Shown piece by piece: positions 1 to 13,700 of a stretch of 64,000 nt of DNA (position 1 is its first letter; each line of letters starts with the position of its first letter). The position numbers and the translations under genes were made by a program. The notes beneath the pieces are model-generated. The model was not told where the DNA came from and made no database searches. It worked only from the letters and a program-made list of their open reading frames with translations. This DNA comes from Vicugna vicugna (lineage: Eukaryota), in NCBI GenBank assembly GCA_013265495.1, contig MU058423.1, forward strand, positions 7,574,721-7,638,720, in the 5' to 3' direction.

Positions 1-79
1 GAGGTCTTTTCCCTTCCCCTTTTGGGGTAACAATCAGGGACTTGGTAATTCATAAAACAGAAAAATAAAATAAAGTTCC

Positions 80-680
80 TACCTTTTCCTAAGCTTACAT
101 TTAAATAGAGGGAAAATAATAACAAATAGGTAACCAAATACAATATAGTGTATGTAAAATGATTAGTGTGACAGATTAAAAAATAAAGCTGCAAAGGGAA
201 AAGAATGTATCCCTACATGTATATCCATATCTGTATCTATATCAATATATCACAAGGACAGGCTGCTATTTTAAATTGAGTGGGTAGGGAAGTCCTTTTT
301 GATAAAGTGATAGTTCAGTATCAGTGAAGGAGTAATCCTTGCAGATAATTTGGAGAGACCTTGCCAGTGCAAAGGCCTCAACACACATAGGGAGAGCTTG
401 GTCCTATCAGGGAACAAAGAGGGTGTAAGGAGAGGAGAGAGAGAAGAGAAGAATATTGCTGAGCTCTCAGAGGTATGGAGGGGCAAGATCATGTAGTCAT
501 TTTAAGAACTTTGGTTTTAACTCAATGGAAAAGGAAGCCATTGGAAAGTTTTGAGCAAAGAAGTGACCTACTCGGCCTGTTGAGTGTAATTCATTTTGGA
601 CATGGATGGAAGAGAGAAGACAATTTGAGAGGCTATGATTATAATGCAGGAGCCAGACAGCAGTGGACTGGATCAGCCAA
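80..680 (-). mobile_element. L2 LINE 3' fragment
   Basis: Purine-rich antisense L2 hallmarks such as gcaaaggcc and ggaagccattggaaagttttgagcaaagaagtgac; recognised by eye. Confidence 0.7.
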
Positions 681-2029
681 ATGCCCACCAGCTATTGAAG
701 ACAATGTTAGTAACATAAGCTCTGTTCAAGTTTCTCCATCTAGAAAATTAATGAATTAGATTTGATGATCTCTTAAGTTGTTTCAACCCTTAATACCACC
801 CCATTAGCCTTTGAGTGCCCTGGAATGGAAGTTACAGCCAATTAGAGTGGAAAATAAGTTCAATAAGACAAGCAAAATATTATCATGCAGATCAAGATGC
901 CCACACTACTCCTCTTTCAACATTTGTATTTGTATTTGCAGAGCAGCAGCGGAACTGACTGTGTATTTGTCACAGTCAACAGAAGACAGATGGCACATGC
1001 AAATTAGGATAATTTGAAGAGGATTATAAATAAGGAGACTAATCACTGAGGTGGGGATAGGGTGGAGGGTCCACAATGGAAAGTGCAGGAATCACAGCCA
1101 GAAGCCATGGAGCAAGCACCATCTGCAGAATCAAAAGAATGAGGAGGAGGCTTACTGGAATTGTAAGTGAAAAAGAATCCTGTAGAACAGCCTCATTAAA
1201 AGGAAGAATGACCCATTATGGAGAGAACTACAAGCCTAGGATTACTTCTCAAGGATAGAACTATCCTCGGGCAGTAAACATGCACTCACTCTTCCCTTAC
1301 TGTATTTTTCTCCCTCTAATTTCCAGTGTCTGAAAGGAGATGAGAGCCACAGGCCTCCAGAAACTAAGATAATCTATACGGGTTACCTCCCAAGGATAGA
1401 GAACAGGGGAGAGAAACGTAAAGAATAGCCCAGGAGGACCAACCGGAAAACACCTGGCATACAAGGCAATGGTAATTGCTTTTGTTTATTCATTATTCAT
1501 GCAGTTATTACACATTTTTAATCATTAAAAAAAAGATTATTGAATATATCCAGTGTGCCAGTACTGGTAACAGATATTGGGTTTATGGTGACAATGTGAA
1601 GGGAGGAGAGGTTTTCTAATAATATAAAAGGCACAAAACCCCGAACTTGATTCTAGCCCATCCTGTGTCTCACAGTCAGTTGCACACGGTAGAGATAAAC
1701 AAGAAATTGTATACAATAGAGAGCTAGTCTAGTTTTAATTTCATTATGTTCTTCTAATGGGAGAGGAGTTTGGACCCTTCTGGAAATCTTATTTGAAAGT
1801 AAAAGAAGCATCAACCGAGATTTAGAATAGTTAGGTATGAGGAATCCTGGATAGGAGTCCATATCTTGGAAGCAGATGGCTACACTTGCACGTGACCACA
1901 GAGAGGCAGGGTATCACCAGTTATAGAGGAAGTAGTCATCCTGGGCCCAGTTCTGAGTATCACACCCAGGCTACTCAAACCCACAAGCTAATGGCTTTCT
2001 CCACTGATGTAGATACAATTTAATGATAC

Positions 2030-2712
2030 AGCCAAAATAATTATAAATAGAAATCAGATCACATCACTCCTCACTCACATGTACCCCAGTAGCTTGGCAG
2101 ATCACTGGGAATCAAAACCAAATTCCTTAATAGTATCTAAGAGAATCTTAAAAAATTGGGCCTCTTCTCCTTGCTCTGTCTCCACCCTCATCTCTACCTG
2201 AGCCCCACACCCCGTGTGCTCTGCTGCAGCCATATGGCCTTTTTGCTGGGCCTCGAACATGCCAGGCTTGCTCCCAACCTACGGCCTTTGCACTGTCTAT
2301 TATTTCTGCCTGGAATATTTTTTCAAAAGCAAAGCAAATTCCAAAACATCCTTATATTTCAGCTCATGTCTCTTTATCAGTGATGCCTTCTCTCACCATC
2401 TGATGTAAAATAGGAATTTCCAACTCCAATCCATTCCCACTGAGATTATCACTAATTTCTCAGCTTTAATTTCCTCTATAACATTTACCACTATTAGTGC
2501 ATTTATTTATATCTTATTTATTTATATTTATTTATTATTTCTAAGTTTCTTATTTATTTATTTTGTTTTTAAAAAAAACAACTAAACTATCATTGCCACA
2601 AAGGCAGAGATTTTTGTCTATTTTTCTCATAGATTTATTCCCAAAGATTAAAACCTGTATACACCAATATATGGTAGATACCTAATGCAATTTGTGGAAT
2701 AAATGGATAAGG
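2030..2712 (+). mobile_element. L2 LINE 3' end
   Basis: aaatcagatcacatcactcc, ctttgcactg...tctgcctggaat, aggcagagatttttgtct and a terminal tgtggaataaatggataa tail. Confidence 0.75.
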
Positions 2713-4022
2713 AATACTTTGAAGTTTGGGGTAGTAAACTGAAAGATACGCATGACCAAGTAATAATTTTACAACTTATTAAAATTTCAGTTTAAAAGTT
2801 AGAAGCAGGCGAGGAGGTTCTTAGGAGTGGCTGGCTATAGAAATGATTTCCTACATCACAGCCAATAATACCAGAATGAAGTCTCCTAGAAAGTAAACGA
2901 ATGAAACTCACAGAGACTGCGCGGTAAACGATGGCAGCTTTCCTGCTTGATAAAGAGAGGCTACTTAATTGCCTTCTGAGCAGATATTCAGAGAAATATG
3001 AAGAAAAATTCAGCACAAAATATTATTAAAAACAATGTATGTTTCATACAAATAAGCAGATAACGAACACAATGCCGAGGAAATCTTCAGTAATAATAAT
3101 GGAAGAATAGATTGCATCACTTTTTAACAGTTACTAGATTATGGATAACAAAATACGTGTTTTGATTTCCTTTTCCAGTTTATCAAAGTATCCAAGACAT
3201 TTACATGTTTCATTACTAAAAATAATTAAAAAGAGAAAATACAATAAGAACCACATAGAGTGAGCTTTTTACCAGATCACTTCACTCTGTTGAAAGTTCA
3301 AGCATTGTTCTCCAATATATTGTTCCATGATGAAATCCTTTTTACAACTCAGAGAGATGAACAACACAAGAATTCCTGCTCTTATGCAAAGTCATAAAGT
3401 AGCTTAAAATAAAGGTCTATTTACTTAATCACAGATGCACTTGTAGTAAGTGTAAAATTGAGACTTGAATTTAGGTCTCCTGTTTTTTTATCTAAGATTT
3501 GTTCATCAGGATTCTAATATATGCATATAGACAATGTATCCTAACAGAGACTGAACAAATGTTCGTATGTGATACATGCACAGTGTGGGTAAAGGCCACA
3601 ATTTCTTTGGTTATCTATAGAGAATCCCATTTAGCAATAACAAAGTAGTTAATAGATTTTGATTTGTATCCATAGCTCATCAGAGCAGAGAAAAAATATA
3701 AATATTATCCAGTACTTAATTTTTCAACAACATAGAATTCACTGAGTACCCAGGAGGAAAACAGAAACTCTAATATTAGAGATGATAATAGTCAAGAAAG
3801 TGAACAGGGAACAGTCTCTAACATATGTTTACTTTCAGAAAAGCAGAGATCAAAACCATCCTTAGAAACGCACTGTATTTCTTTCTGGGCAGCATTTACA
3901 AGGGTATGTCCACTGTTAACATCATTCAAGCTAAAAAAATTTGTGCATGTTACTAAAAATAAGCTACAATTCAAGCGTGTAAGTGTGAGTCTCTGTGTGT
4001 GTGTTGGGGGGGTTGTTTGTAG

Positions 4023-4267
4023 CAAGGGTCAGCAAACTACTGCCCTTGGACCAAATTCAGCCTCCTGTCTGATTTCGTAAATGAAGTTTTATTGAAATGC
4101 AGCCAACCCATTTATTGATATATTTTCTAGGGCTGTTTTTATGCTGCAATCGCTGAACTGAGAAGTTGGAACAGAAAACGTATGGCCCTTATTTTAACAT
4201 TATTAGAATGTTAAATTCTAAACGTTTACTATCTGAAGCTTTACAGAAAAAAGTTTGCTGAATTCTG
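4023..4267 (+). mobile_element. MER58-like hAT-Charlie MITE
   Basis: Decayed terminal inverted repeats caagggtcagcaaact ... agtttgctgaattctg; internal aagttttattgaaatgcagcca and tttacagaaaaaagtttg. Confidence 0.85.
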
Positions 4268-5320
4268 ATGTATGGTATTTGATATATATCTAGATCTAGA
4301 GCTGGACATAGATATAAAGAAGCAAGTCAAATAGCTACTGTGGCTTTGCAGGTGATATTTGGAAGATCATGAATATAAAGGAGGTATAATGATGTTTGGA
4401 ACACAGTATATTGTGAAATATGATTACACTTTGCTCTGGTGTGGTCTCCACTGAGGGCTTGCTTTTGTATACATTCACTGGCAGAGATTTACCTGCAGAA
4501 TTTGAATTATCTACAGAGTGCTGAATGATCTGATGTTTGAGTGTCACCTTATATTTAACTGGCCTTGATGATGACCTTGGCATCAGGTTTAGAGAATGAT
4601 TCTAGTGTACAATCAAGTAGTTGAAACTTCTGCTTTAGTGTATGTGTCACTTTAGAGACAATTAAAATATAGGATTAAATTCACTGTATTGACGAATTTT
4701 GTGCTTACACCATATTGAAGTAATAAGGTTATCTATCCTCTTGGATGTTACTGCATCATATGACATTTTTTAAAGTCAATTTCCTTCAAATAATAAGAAA
4801 GAGTTGTGCAATGAAGTAATTTTAAATATACCATTTTCATATGGAAATTCTCAGCCTCAATTATTGAAACATTATAAAGTAGTCAGATGCTTGTACCTGT
4901 AACAGGAATCACTTTCAGAATCTCTGTGAGTACAGCAATAACAAAAGAAGGCTGATTCAGTTGTGTTGTATTAGCTTCTTAAATACTGTGAGCAGGGCTG
5001 TAGACAGGAATGTAATTTTATGAAATATTAAACAATATAAAGTAAAGCTTTTAAGAATACACATTAGATGCATTCTTGGAAAATCTGATGCAGATTAAAA
5101 CCTTGTAAAAAATATTGTGTGCTTACATACTAAATAGAATTAGATTATAGATTCAGATAATTTCAAAAGGGCTTTTCACTGTATACCTAAAGATTATCCT
5201 TATTGGCATCCATGATAGAGGATGGTCCTTGTGTAGGACTGCCCTCAGCAGTGTAGGGGACCTCCTGTAAGCAGCATTCCCTAGTAATTGGGACAAACAA
5301 AATCAAAATCATATCAAGAC

Positions 5321-5782
5321 TGCAACAGAGAACTAAACCTGACTCCATATTGGATCTACACCTGAAAGAATGTTGCCTACAGCCGGATATCTACATAAGA
5401 GCCCTCTCTCAATGCTCTGCTTCCCAGGCTTGTCCTTTAAAGGTGTGACACTTTTTCATTCATACATAGATAAAAAGTTGCAGAACAGAGAATAACATTT
5501 GCCTTGCTGGAGGTTTACAGGATGATCATGGCCCGACCCACACTGACAGCTGCAAGAACAAAGGATTCCACTCCAAGAAGTTCCCAACAACCAATCACAC
5601 TCCCTCCCCTTTTTAGCATAAAAGGAGCCTGAATTCTGATTTGAGTAAGATGGTTCTCCAGGACTTTAGTCCCCCATCTTCTTGGTCTGTTGGCTTTCCA
5701 AATAAAGCTGCTATTCCTTTCCCCAGGTCTCCTAATTTATTGGCCTGTGGTGGTGAGCAGAATGAGTTTGGACTTGGTAACA
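5321..5782 (+). mobile_element. ERV1-type solo LTR
   Basis: TG...CA ends (tgcaacagag ... ggtaaca), CCAAT at 5591, cataaaa TATA-like box at ~5617, AATAAA at 5701; no TSD visible. Confidence 0.8.
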
Positions 5783-6514
5783 TTTGATCTTACTGCTTTG
5801 TCCATGTCCCTTTCCTTGCCTCTTGTAATTACTTGCCTCTTTGCCTAGCGTAATTGTGGTCTACCTTTGTAATCATTCCCTCTCATGTACTTTGAATTCC
5901 CCACGTCCTCTCTTGCTTCGTCACACTCTCAAGGCAAAAACCCAAGTACGTTTAATTCCAACTCTGCACTTGTCACACATTAGCACCTGTAAAACTAATT
6001 ACAACTGGGAGATAACAGAGCTACACACTTTGGGCAGTAATAGAACAGCATTTGCTTTGTCCATGTATTCTCTTACACTTCAGAATGACTATTTCCTAAC
6101 TTTTCTTTCTCCTCAAATTTTTAAATATTCTTGCAATAATCACTCTCCCTTGATAATCTTACTTCCTAGGTTACGGACAAAACAGAAGTAAACTTAAGAG
6201 AATTTCTATTACCTCCTATCACTAAATTTATCCATCCACCTACATCTTGCTATGTCTTTTTCCCTATGAGTAAGAATAAATCGTTTGAGCTCCCAGCAAA
6301 GTCCAACCCTTCACTTTTTCACTAGATTCTATCCCCCACTATCCTGAATGAACTTTCCCTTCTCTGGGTCATTCCCACAAGTCTACAAACATGCTGTAAT
6401 GTCCCCCATATTCACTAAGACAATGGCAGTAGCTTAGTTCTGACTATTCACACATTTACTCTTAGAAAACAGAAAACAACAAACAATTACCACCACAACA
6501 AACCCCACAAACTT

Positions 6515-6910
6515 TAGATTAGAAGAAGGACCCCTAGGAAATAGACTCCAAGGCAGAAATTACCAGGCAGGAGTTTTACTGGAGATTTCCCTCAAGATTA
6601 ACACTAGTAAGGAGTCGACATTAGGACTGGGCAGAGGGAGACGTTGAAACGTAATGCAGTTGCAACAGAAGCCTAGATGGAGGTCACATGTCTGGAGCTA
6701 GGATGTCCCTTCACAATTGTTTCAAAATAAGGCAAGATGTTTCATACCGCCACATTGCTGAGTCAGTGGATGCCGTTGCCCTAGGGAAGAGGCATAACCC
6801 TCAGTGAGCCAAGCCCTTTAGCCGAGGGTGATCCTTGGAGAGCAACTCAGTGTCACCTAGAAGAATGGCCCTCGGTTCTAATGGGATATGAGTGGCACCA
6901 TCACAGCAAA
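6515..6910 (-). mobile_element. LTR16-like ERVL LTR
   Basis: aggactgggcagagggagacgttgaa, tgcagttgcaacagaagcc, ctggagctaggatgtcccttca and gagtggcaccatcacagc resemble LTR16 in antisense. Confidence 0.65.
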
Positions 6911-7029
6911 GTTTACACTCTATTTTCAGGAAAATTAGGACACAGAAAATTTGCAAACACCAAATTGTATGTAAATCCCGCCTAAATTAGAACTAAACAG
7001 GAAGCCCATGTGGTGATCCTCTTCCACGT

Positions 7030-8160
7030 CCCTAAACAATCTGAAATTTATCCACCTGTTACCATCTCCTCCATTAATTCCAGCGCCCAAGTAATTATTT
7101 GAACAATCATCTGAAATACAGCAATAACCCCCTGACTGATCTCTGCACTCCCACCCTTCCCCCACTTCACTTGTCCTTACTACAGAAAATGGATCTTATT
7201 AAAATATAAATTAGTTTTTGTCACCTCCCTATTCAAAACATCCTATTTCATTCAGACTGAAAGATAAAGTCCTCACATGGGCCTTCATGGCCCCCTGCAA
7301 GATATAGCCCTGCATATCATTACATGACCCCTCATTACCAGATTATCCTCCTTGCCACTGAATCCTGCCAAACTTACTGTTCTAGAACATTCCAGACAGC
7401 TTTTTGCTTCAGAGCATTTTCAGTTGCTCTGTCCTCTTGCTGGTATGTCTTCCTCCATATAACAGCATGACTCACTCTTGCATCTTCTTCTCATCTTTAT
7501 TCCAGTCACCTTCTCAGAGAATCCTTCTCTAATGACTCTATTTTAAATTTATCAAATTCTGAAGCAACTTAACACTAAATATTTTACATAACTTTTAAAA
7601 TTTTTGTATTGCCTTCTTCCTCCAACTAGAATGGTAGCAAGATATAATTCATAATTACTTTCTTACTGCCACAGTAGACATTTGATCCAAAAATTTAAAC
7701 TTTGCCTCTACCATCAAAACAGATCTTGAATCTTTTTGCCATATCCACTGTTATCACTCTGGTCCAAGTCACTCCATCACCTTTTGCCTGGAATGCTGTA
7801 TTCTCCTCTCAAATGCCCTTGGAATTTCCATTCCCCACCCTCACCTCACACATACACTTCCGTTTCTTCCCCACAGAGAAGGCAGGGTGATATTTTTAAA
7901 ATATGAGTAAGACTGTATCATTTCCCTGCGAAATGCTATCATACTTAGAAACAAAACTTAAATTCCTTAGCATGTCCTACAAGGCTCTGTCTACTCTTCT
8001 AACATCATCCTCATCACTCTTTCTTCACTCATTTCACTAGAATATAAAACGTGTAAGGAAGATAAGTGACTTTTTGCCTCTTTTGTTTACAGTGGTATCA
8101 CTGATGTTTAAAAAGCCATCTGGCACATGGCAGGAGCTTAATGGATATTTGTTGAATACA
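7030..8160 (+). mobile_element. L2 fragments (at least two pieces)
   Basis: Pyrimidine-rich L2 body motifs (tcactctggtccaagtcac, tcctacaaggctctg) and 3' end tggcacatggcaggagcttaatggatatttgttgaat. Confidence 0.7.
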
Positions 8161-8176
8161 GTTCTCATTTCACTTA

Positions 8177-8678
8177 TGTGGCACACTGTATTTTCCAAAA
8201 CTGGTTTCAACAATACTTCCCATTCTACTCTCTGTTCTCTCAAGATGACCTGACATTCCTCCTAAAAGAAGGTGAAATTTGTTCCCTTGCCTTGGAATCT
8301 GGATAGAACTGTGCCTAGAGCAGAAGTGATGCTGTGTGACCTCCAAAGACAGGTCATTAAGAACAATACAACTTTTTCCTGCTAGTCTTGAGATGTTCAT
8401 TCTTAGAATCCAGCCATCGTACTGCAAAGAAGCATTCATGTTGAGAAACAGACATAATGATCCACAATCCCACTTGAGTTCCCTGAACATGTAAGTCATT
8501 TTGAAAATAGATACTCTAGTCCTAAGTTCTCCACCTCTAGTAATTCCTCATGAAGCAAAGATGAATCACCCTCACCAAATGCTGTCCAAATTGCAGATTT
8601 ACGAACAAAATAAGTGGGCTTTTTTTTAAGCCACTAAAATTCGGGAACATTCGGAACGTTGCACTGGTGATTAGAACA
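8177..8678 (+). mobile_element. MLT1 (MLT1H-like) MaLR solo LTR
   Basis: tgtggcacactgtattttccaaaa start, gcagaagtgatgctgtgtgacctcc, ccaaattgcagattt, tttaagccactaa and ...agaaca end. Confidence 0.8.
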
Positions 8679-9099
8679 TTTGGGTACATTCTCCTTTCAA
8701 TACCTTCCCGCCCTCTATCAGGTCTTTTCACTTGTAGTTTCCTCTGCCTACAACTTCACTTAGAATCCGCTTGTCTCATGCCTTCACTTTCTTCAGGTCT
8801 CTGCTCAGATGTTACGCCCTCATTCACGCAGCGATCGGGTATACTGCCATATACAGAGAAGTCCAAAATAGCTGGGTGCTGTGATTTGTTCAACAGTTCA
8901 GAGCTCTTATGCATGAGCTCCCTCTTTTTTTTTCCACATACATATAAGGAAGGAAAGGAAAGGACAAAATAGTTGACTGAATCAGCTATTATTAAATTAT
9001 TATTCAGAAGTTCCATACAATGAATTCCATTTTCATCTCATTGGTCAAAATCTATCATAAGGCCACCTATAACTATAGTAGATGATTATATATATTTTT

Positions 9100-9268
9100 T
9101 AAAGTGTAAAATATCATATTAGTAACATTAATTGCATATTAAATAATGTATTTTGGATATATTGAGTTAGTCTATTATTAAAATTATTTTCACCTGGTTT
9201 TAATGTAGTTACCTATAACTTTAAATTACTTATATTGTTCACATTATATTTGTATTAGACCTTATTGT
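9100..9268 (+). mobile_element. MER33/MER3-like hAT-Charlie fragment
   Basis: tattttggatatattgagtta...ttattaaaattattttcacctg...tttaaattact...cacattatattt. Confidence 0.6.
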
Positions 9269-9314
9269 TCTAAGTGGATGAACCATGAGAATATACAGTT
9301 CTAATATTGAGGGT

Positions 9315-9570
9315 CAGCACAATATAACAGAAAATCAAGAATTTTGGAATCAGACAGACCACTATTAGGTTTGAATCCTGAATTAGTTAGTTATTAACAA
9401 TTTAGACTTGGATTAATAAATTTTCCCTAAGATTTAGATTCTATATATGTAAATTAAGAATATCAATTTTAGCCCTTTAAAATTGTCAAGAATAATCAAT
9501 TATTTAAAAGGTATTCCCAAGACAGTGTCTGGAACATAATAGATGCTCCAAAAAAATGCTAACAGTTATA
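9315..9570 (+). mobile_element. MIR SINE
   Basis: tttggaatcagacagacc, ggtttgaatcctg and acagtgtctggaacataatagatgctc. Confidence 0.75.
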
Positions 9571-9939
9571 AGCATCTTTTAATAGTGTGGTTTTTACAAC
9601 ACTAAATTTTATAAGTATCACAATATTTATTTTGTTCAGGACTATTATGTTGGCAAAGCAATATGGCAAAATTTAACAAAATTTGGCTTAGGATGACCTC
9701 TTGAAATAATGGAGAAGATGCATGACAAGAATCTGATATGAAATTAAAAGGGATTATAGTGATTAAAAATCAAGTATTATGGGAAATAGTACAAAAAAAT
9801 GAAAATGTCACTTCAAGTGCTTTGGAGAAATAAAGAAAATACCACATTAGATGAATCTTGAAGGATAATATCAACAGTTGAAGAGTCAAGGGTTATAATA
9901 TTATCTACAATTTATCACTATTTATTACCATCTTTACTT

Positions 9940-10090
9940 GCATTATTTCAACTGATCTTTACAACCTCTTACAAAATAATCACTATGAGCTCCTTAAAAA
10001 AGGTAAATTAAAAAAATTGAAAATTAAAATGACTTGTTTAAGGTCACCATGGCATAGTGGCTCAGTAGATGGAATTCCAAAGCAGGTGTA
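9940..10090 (-). mobile_element. MIR SINE fragment
   Basis: tgatctttacaacctct ... atgacttgtttaaggtcac. Confidence 0.55.
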
Positions 10091-10364
10091 ACATGTGGAG
10101 AGTTTGGGACATGTGTAGAAACAATAAACACCTAGGCCTAACATTATCTTTGATTGAAGGAAAGAACGTATTTGATGTTTAGACAGAAAGGCATGTTGTA
10201 ATTGAAATAATAGCACAAATGTCATGTTCAGAGGTTTGATCTTCAACCATTAAGTAATGGATCATCGTTAGTGGGTTTCAGAGAAGTGCCATGAATCTTT
10301 AAAACATATTCAAAATAGAAGATAATTGGTTTGGGAAGGCCTGATGTTTGTAGGAGAAAGCCAG

Positions 10365-10589
10365 CAGTAATTTTCAACTGGGGGCAATTTTGCCACTGTC
10401 CCCCAGTGGACACCTGGTAATGTCTGAGGACATGTTTAGTTGCCACAATTGGAAATGGGATGCTACTGGCATCTAGAGAACAAGAGCCAGAGATGCTGCA
10501 AAATATGCTACGGTACATAGGACAGATCCCCACAAAAAATATTTATCTCACTGAAAATGTTATCAGTACTAAAGTGGAGGAAAAACCTG
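10365..10589 (+). mobile_element. MER20 hAT-Charlie MITE
   Basis: tcaactgggggcaattttgcc, gtaatgtctgaggacat, tgctactggcatctag, gccagagatgctgc. Confidence 0.9.
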
Positions 10590-11699
10590 TGCTATGAAAT
10601 TGATATCCCCGAGTTTGTGCTCATTACTTCTGAAGCACTGCAGATTTACTTTTTGCTTTCTTACAAAAGACTGCACAAAAATAAAGTGCAAGAACTGTTT
10701 GTTTTTTTTTTTTTAATTTCAATATCCCCAGTACCTTGCATAGCTCCTACCTCACAGTAAATAATTAATGGATGACTGCTGATGCGAATTGAATTAAAGC
10801 AATGAGATCCTAAACTAGGACAGTAGAACCAGGAATTGAGAAAACAGAACAGATATGAAAAGCAGTGCAAAGTTAGAATCAATATGATTTGGCTATTGAT
10901 AAGAATGATAAAGGAGTGTTTAACATCAAAAAGATTTTGGCACAAGAAAGCAGATGAGGAATAAACACACTTTTGAAAATGTTTTGAGTTAAAGGGAGAA
11001 TACCATACTAGGTTCCACAACACACAGGAACAAACACAAGTCACAATTATGTAAGAGTTTTAACAGTGATAAGTGGAAACTGCTGCCACATCTATAAATA
11101 TGAAGATTTGGTAAGGTATAAAATTGTCTAGGGACATCATATAGAATAAAAAAGAACATTGGCTGAAGACAAACTCCTGAGAATACCTTTACTATACTTA
11201 TGTGTGGTTGGTGGAGGAGTGGGAAAAATAATCTTAAGAATATTAGCTAGAAAAATAGAAGGAAAATAAGAGTTCTGTTAATATAAAGCAGCAGAAAAAG
11301 CAAGTATGATTTTTAAAAATCCAGAAAATATAATTACGTTAAGCAATTAAGCCTTAATCCCATAAAAAATGTTAAGTGCATGAATACTATTAAGGGTTTG
11401 TTTTAATATCAATCCACCTTATCATTTAGTTTCATGTAAAAGTGTCACAGTCTAGGCTTGACTTTAAAACTGATCAGAATCATGACGCTGAACTGGCTAC
11501 ACTTCCTTCTGAAACTTCAACCTATAAAAGTGAATCTGTCAGGAAGGGTTGATTTATTTCCTTCTCAGTTTTATTCAGTTTATTTTCTTTTGCTATCACA
11601 GTAACAAATACATTGGGAAATTCTGACCTACATTAATTCATATATTAAAAAATCAAATTTTCTTTCCTTTTGGAAGGATAAGCAGACCATCTCTATTAT

Positions 11700-12616
11700 C
11701 TTTTAAAACATTTAATTGAGGCAAACATACATAAAGTACACATGCCATGTGTATATAAATCAGTGACTTAAGTGAATATTCCTCATAACACACTGGTAGA
11801 GAAATAGAACATAATTAGAATTTCAGAAGCCCTTCTGTCTTTTTTTTCCCAGTCACTATCCTGCCATATGTAAACTTCTCTTAACTTCTAACACTAAATA
11901 TTTGTTTGCCTATTTTGAGATTTATGTAAATAGAATCACACAATGTGATCTCTGATATGTCTGACTTAGCTTACTATTGTGTTTGAGATTCACTCAGAGT
12001 ATGTGTCTCCAGTTTTAGGATAGGTACATTTCTGTATATTTATTTGGTCAACCCATGTGTGTATTTCTACTGGATATATAACCAGGAGTGGATCTGATGT
12101 GTCATAGGGCACACACCTTGCACATAGATACTGCCAGAGTCTTCCAGAAAGGTCAAATTGAATGTTCACCAGCTGTATATTACAGCACTGGTCGCTCCAC
12201 ATCCTTATCCCAGATTTGTTTGTTTTGTCTTTTTCATTCTAACCACTCTGGTGACTGTGGAGCGGTCTCCTATTGTGCTTTTCATTCTTATTTCTCTCTT
12301 AAGTAGTGAGGTTGAGCATATTTTCAAAGATTTACTGGGCATTTTGATGTTTCTTTTGTACAATGTATGCTTTATGTTTTTTCCTATTTTTTATTGATAT
12401 AATAAACTTCTAATAATCATTAGTAGTTATTACATATTCTGGATATAAGAAAATTGATATATGTGTATTACAAATGCTTTCCCTATACTCTGTAGCTAGC
12501 TTTTTCACTGTTTTAATTATGTCTTTTGATGGAAATTGATGGGCACAGATTCTTAATTTTGCTATGCTTCAATTTATGTTTTTCCTTTATGTGGTTCTAT
12601 TTTTTTATGTGTGTCT

Positions 12617-12655
<39 letters not shown>

Positions 12656-13700
12656 TTGTGATTTAGGAATCTTTGCCTGCTCCAAGTGTTCAAAGGTGAA
12701 GAAGCCGCCCTAAGTTTTCTTCTAAAAGCTTTATTGGTTTATCTTTTACATTTAGGTCTGGAATCTTTCTGAAACTGGCTATTGTGTTCTATGAACTGGA
12801 CTTTAAGGAATTTTCAATATTTTGACATTCCAGTCAACCTAGAGCTTTTCATTAAAAAGACCATTTTTACCCATAGTAGTGTAACATTACTTTTTTCATA
12901 AGTTAGGGGATCATATACTTATGGATCCTTTCCTGGACTCTGTTTTATTTCTAGTTTATCTGTCCCTGAAGTGTTACTAAGCATCCCAATTTCTATAAAT
13001 ATTTACCTATTGTTATAGATAGATATCTGGGACTATACATTTTTGTCTTCTTCTTCAAGATCACCTTAGCTTTTCTTGATTATTTGCATTTCATGTGATT
13101 TTTATAGTAAGATTTGATGTACACACAACTATTGGGGTTTTTAATGATTTTGTGTTATAATACAGATTAATTGGGGGGAAATTTTCATGTTTGTACTATG
13201 GTTTATTCCAATCAATTTTAAGTCTTCTTCAACATATCTATAACTATATATGTACACATGTATATACACAACGTGTATATGCACATTTATAAATTAGTTT
13301 TCAGTAACAAAGTCTTGCATATCTTCCATTACATTTAATTCTAGAAACTTGAATTTTTATATTATAGCAGACTTTTAAAATATTTTTGCTTATATATAGA
13401 AATATAATTGATCATTTTGTATTGATATTATATCCAGCAAGACTGCCAAATTTACTTACTAATCCTAATTGTCAGATCATTCCTATGATTAATTTTAAGA
13501 GATCTTCCTTTTCTTACACAGATGACAAAACTGATACTACATAGGGACTTCACATTGAAAATGAGCTGAAGAGTATTGATCTGGACACATTTTATTCTAC
13601 ATTTTAATTTCACTCCATCATCCACTTCTCCCAATTGGTTAAGTAGAAGAGGCGGATGGAGAAGTGTTCCTGCTCTGGACTAGAAATTTGTTATTGAAAT
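11700..13700 (-). mobile_element. ancient L1 (L1ME-like) 3' portion
   Basis: Antisense 3'UTR at the left followed by antisense ORF2 C-terminal motifs (gaggttgagcatattttc, ttttcttctaaaagctttat, tgtattgatattatatccagcaa). Confidence 0.75.
12617..12655. repeat. (GA)n microsatellite
   Basis: Imperfect run of gagagaga seen directly. Confidence 0.9.

Noticed and set aside
4385..4535. Possible C/D-box snoRNA (atgatg ... ctga)
   Set aside because: The C box is imperfect and I found no terminal stem or host-gene context.
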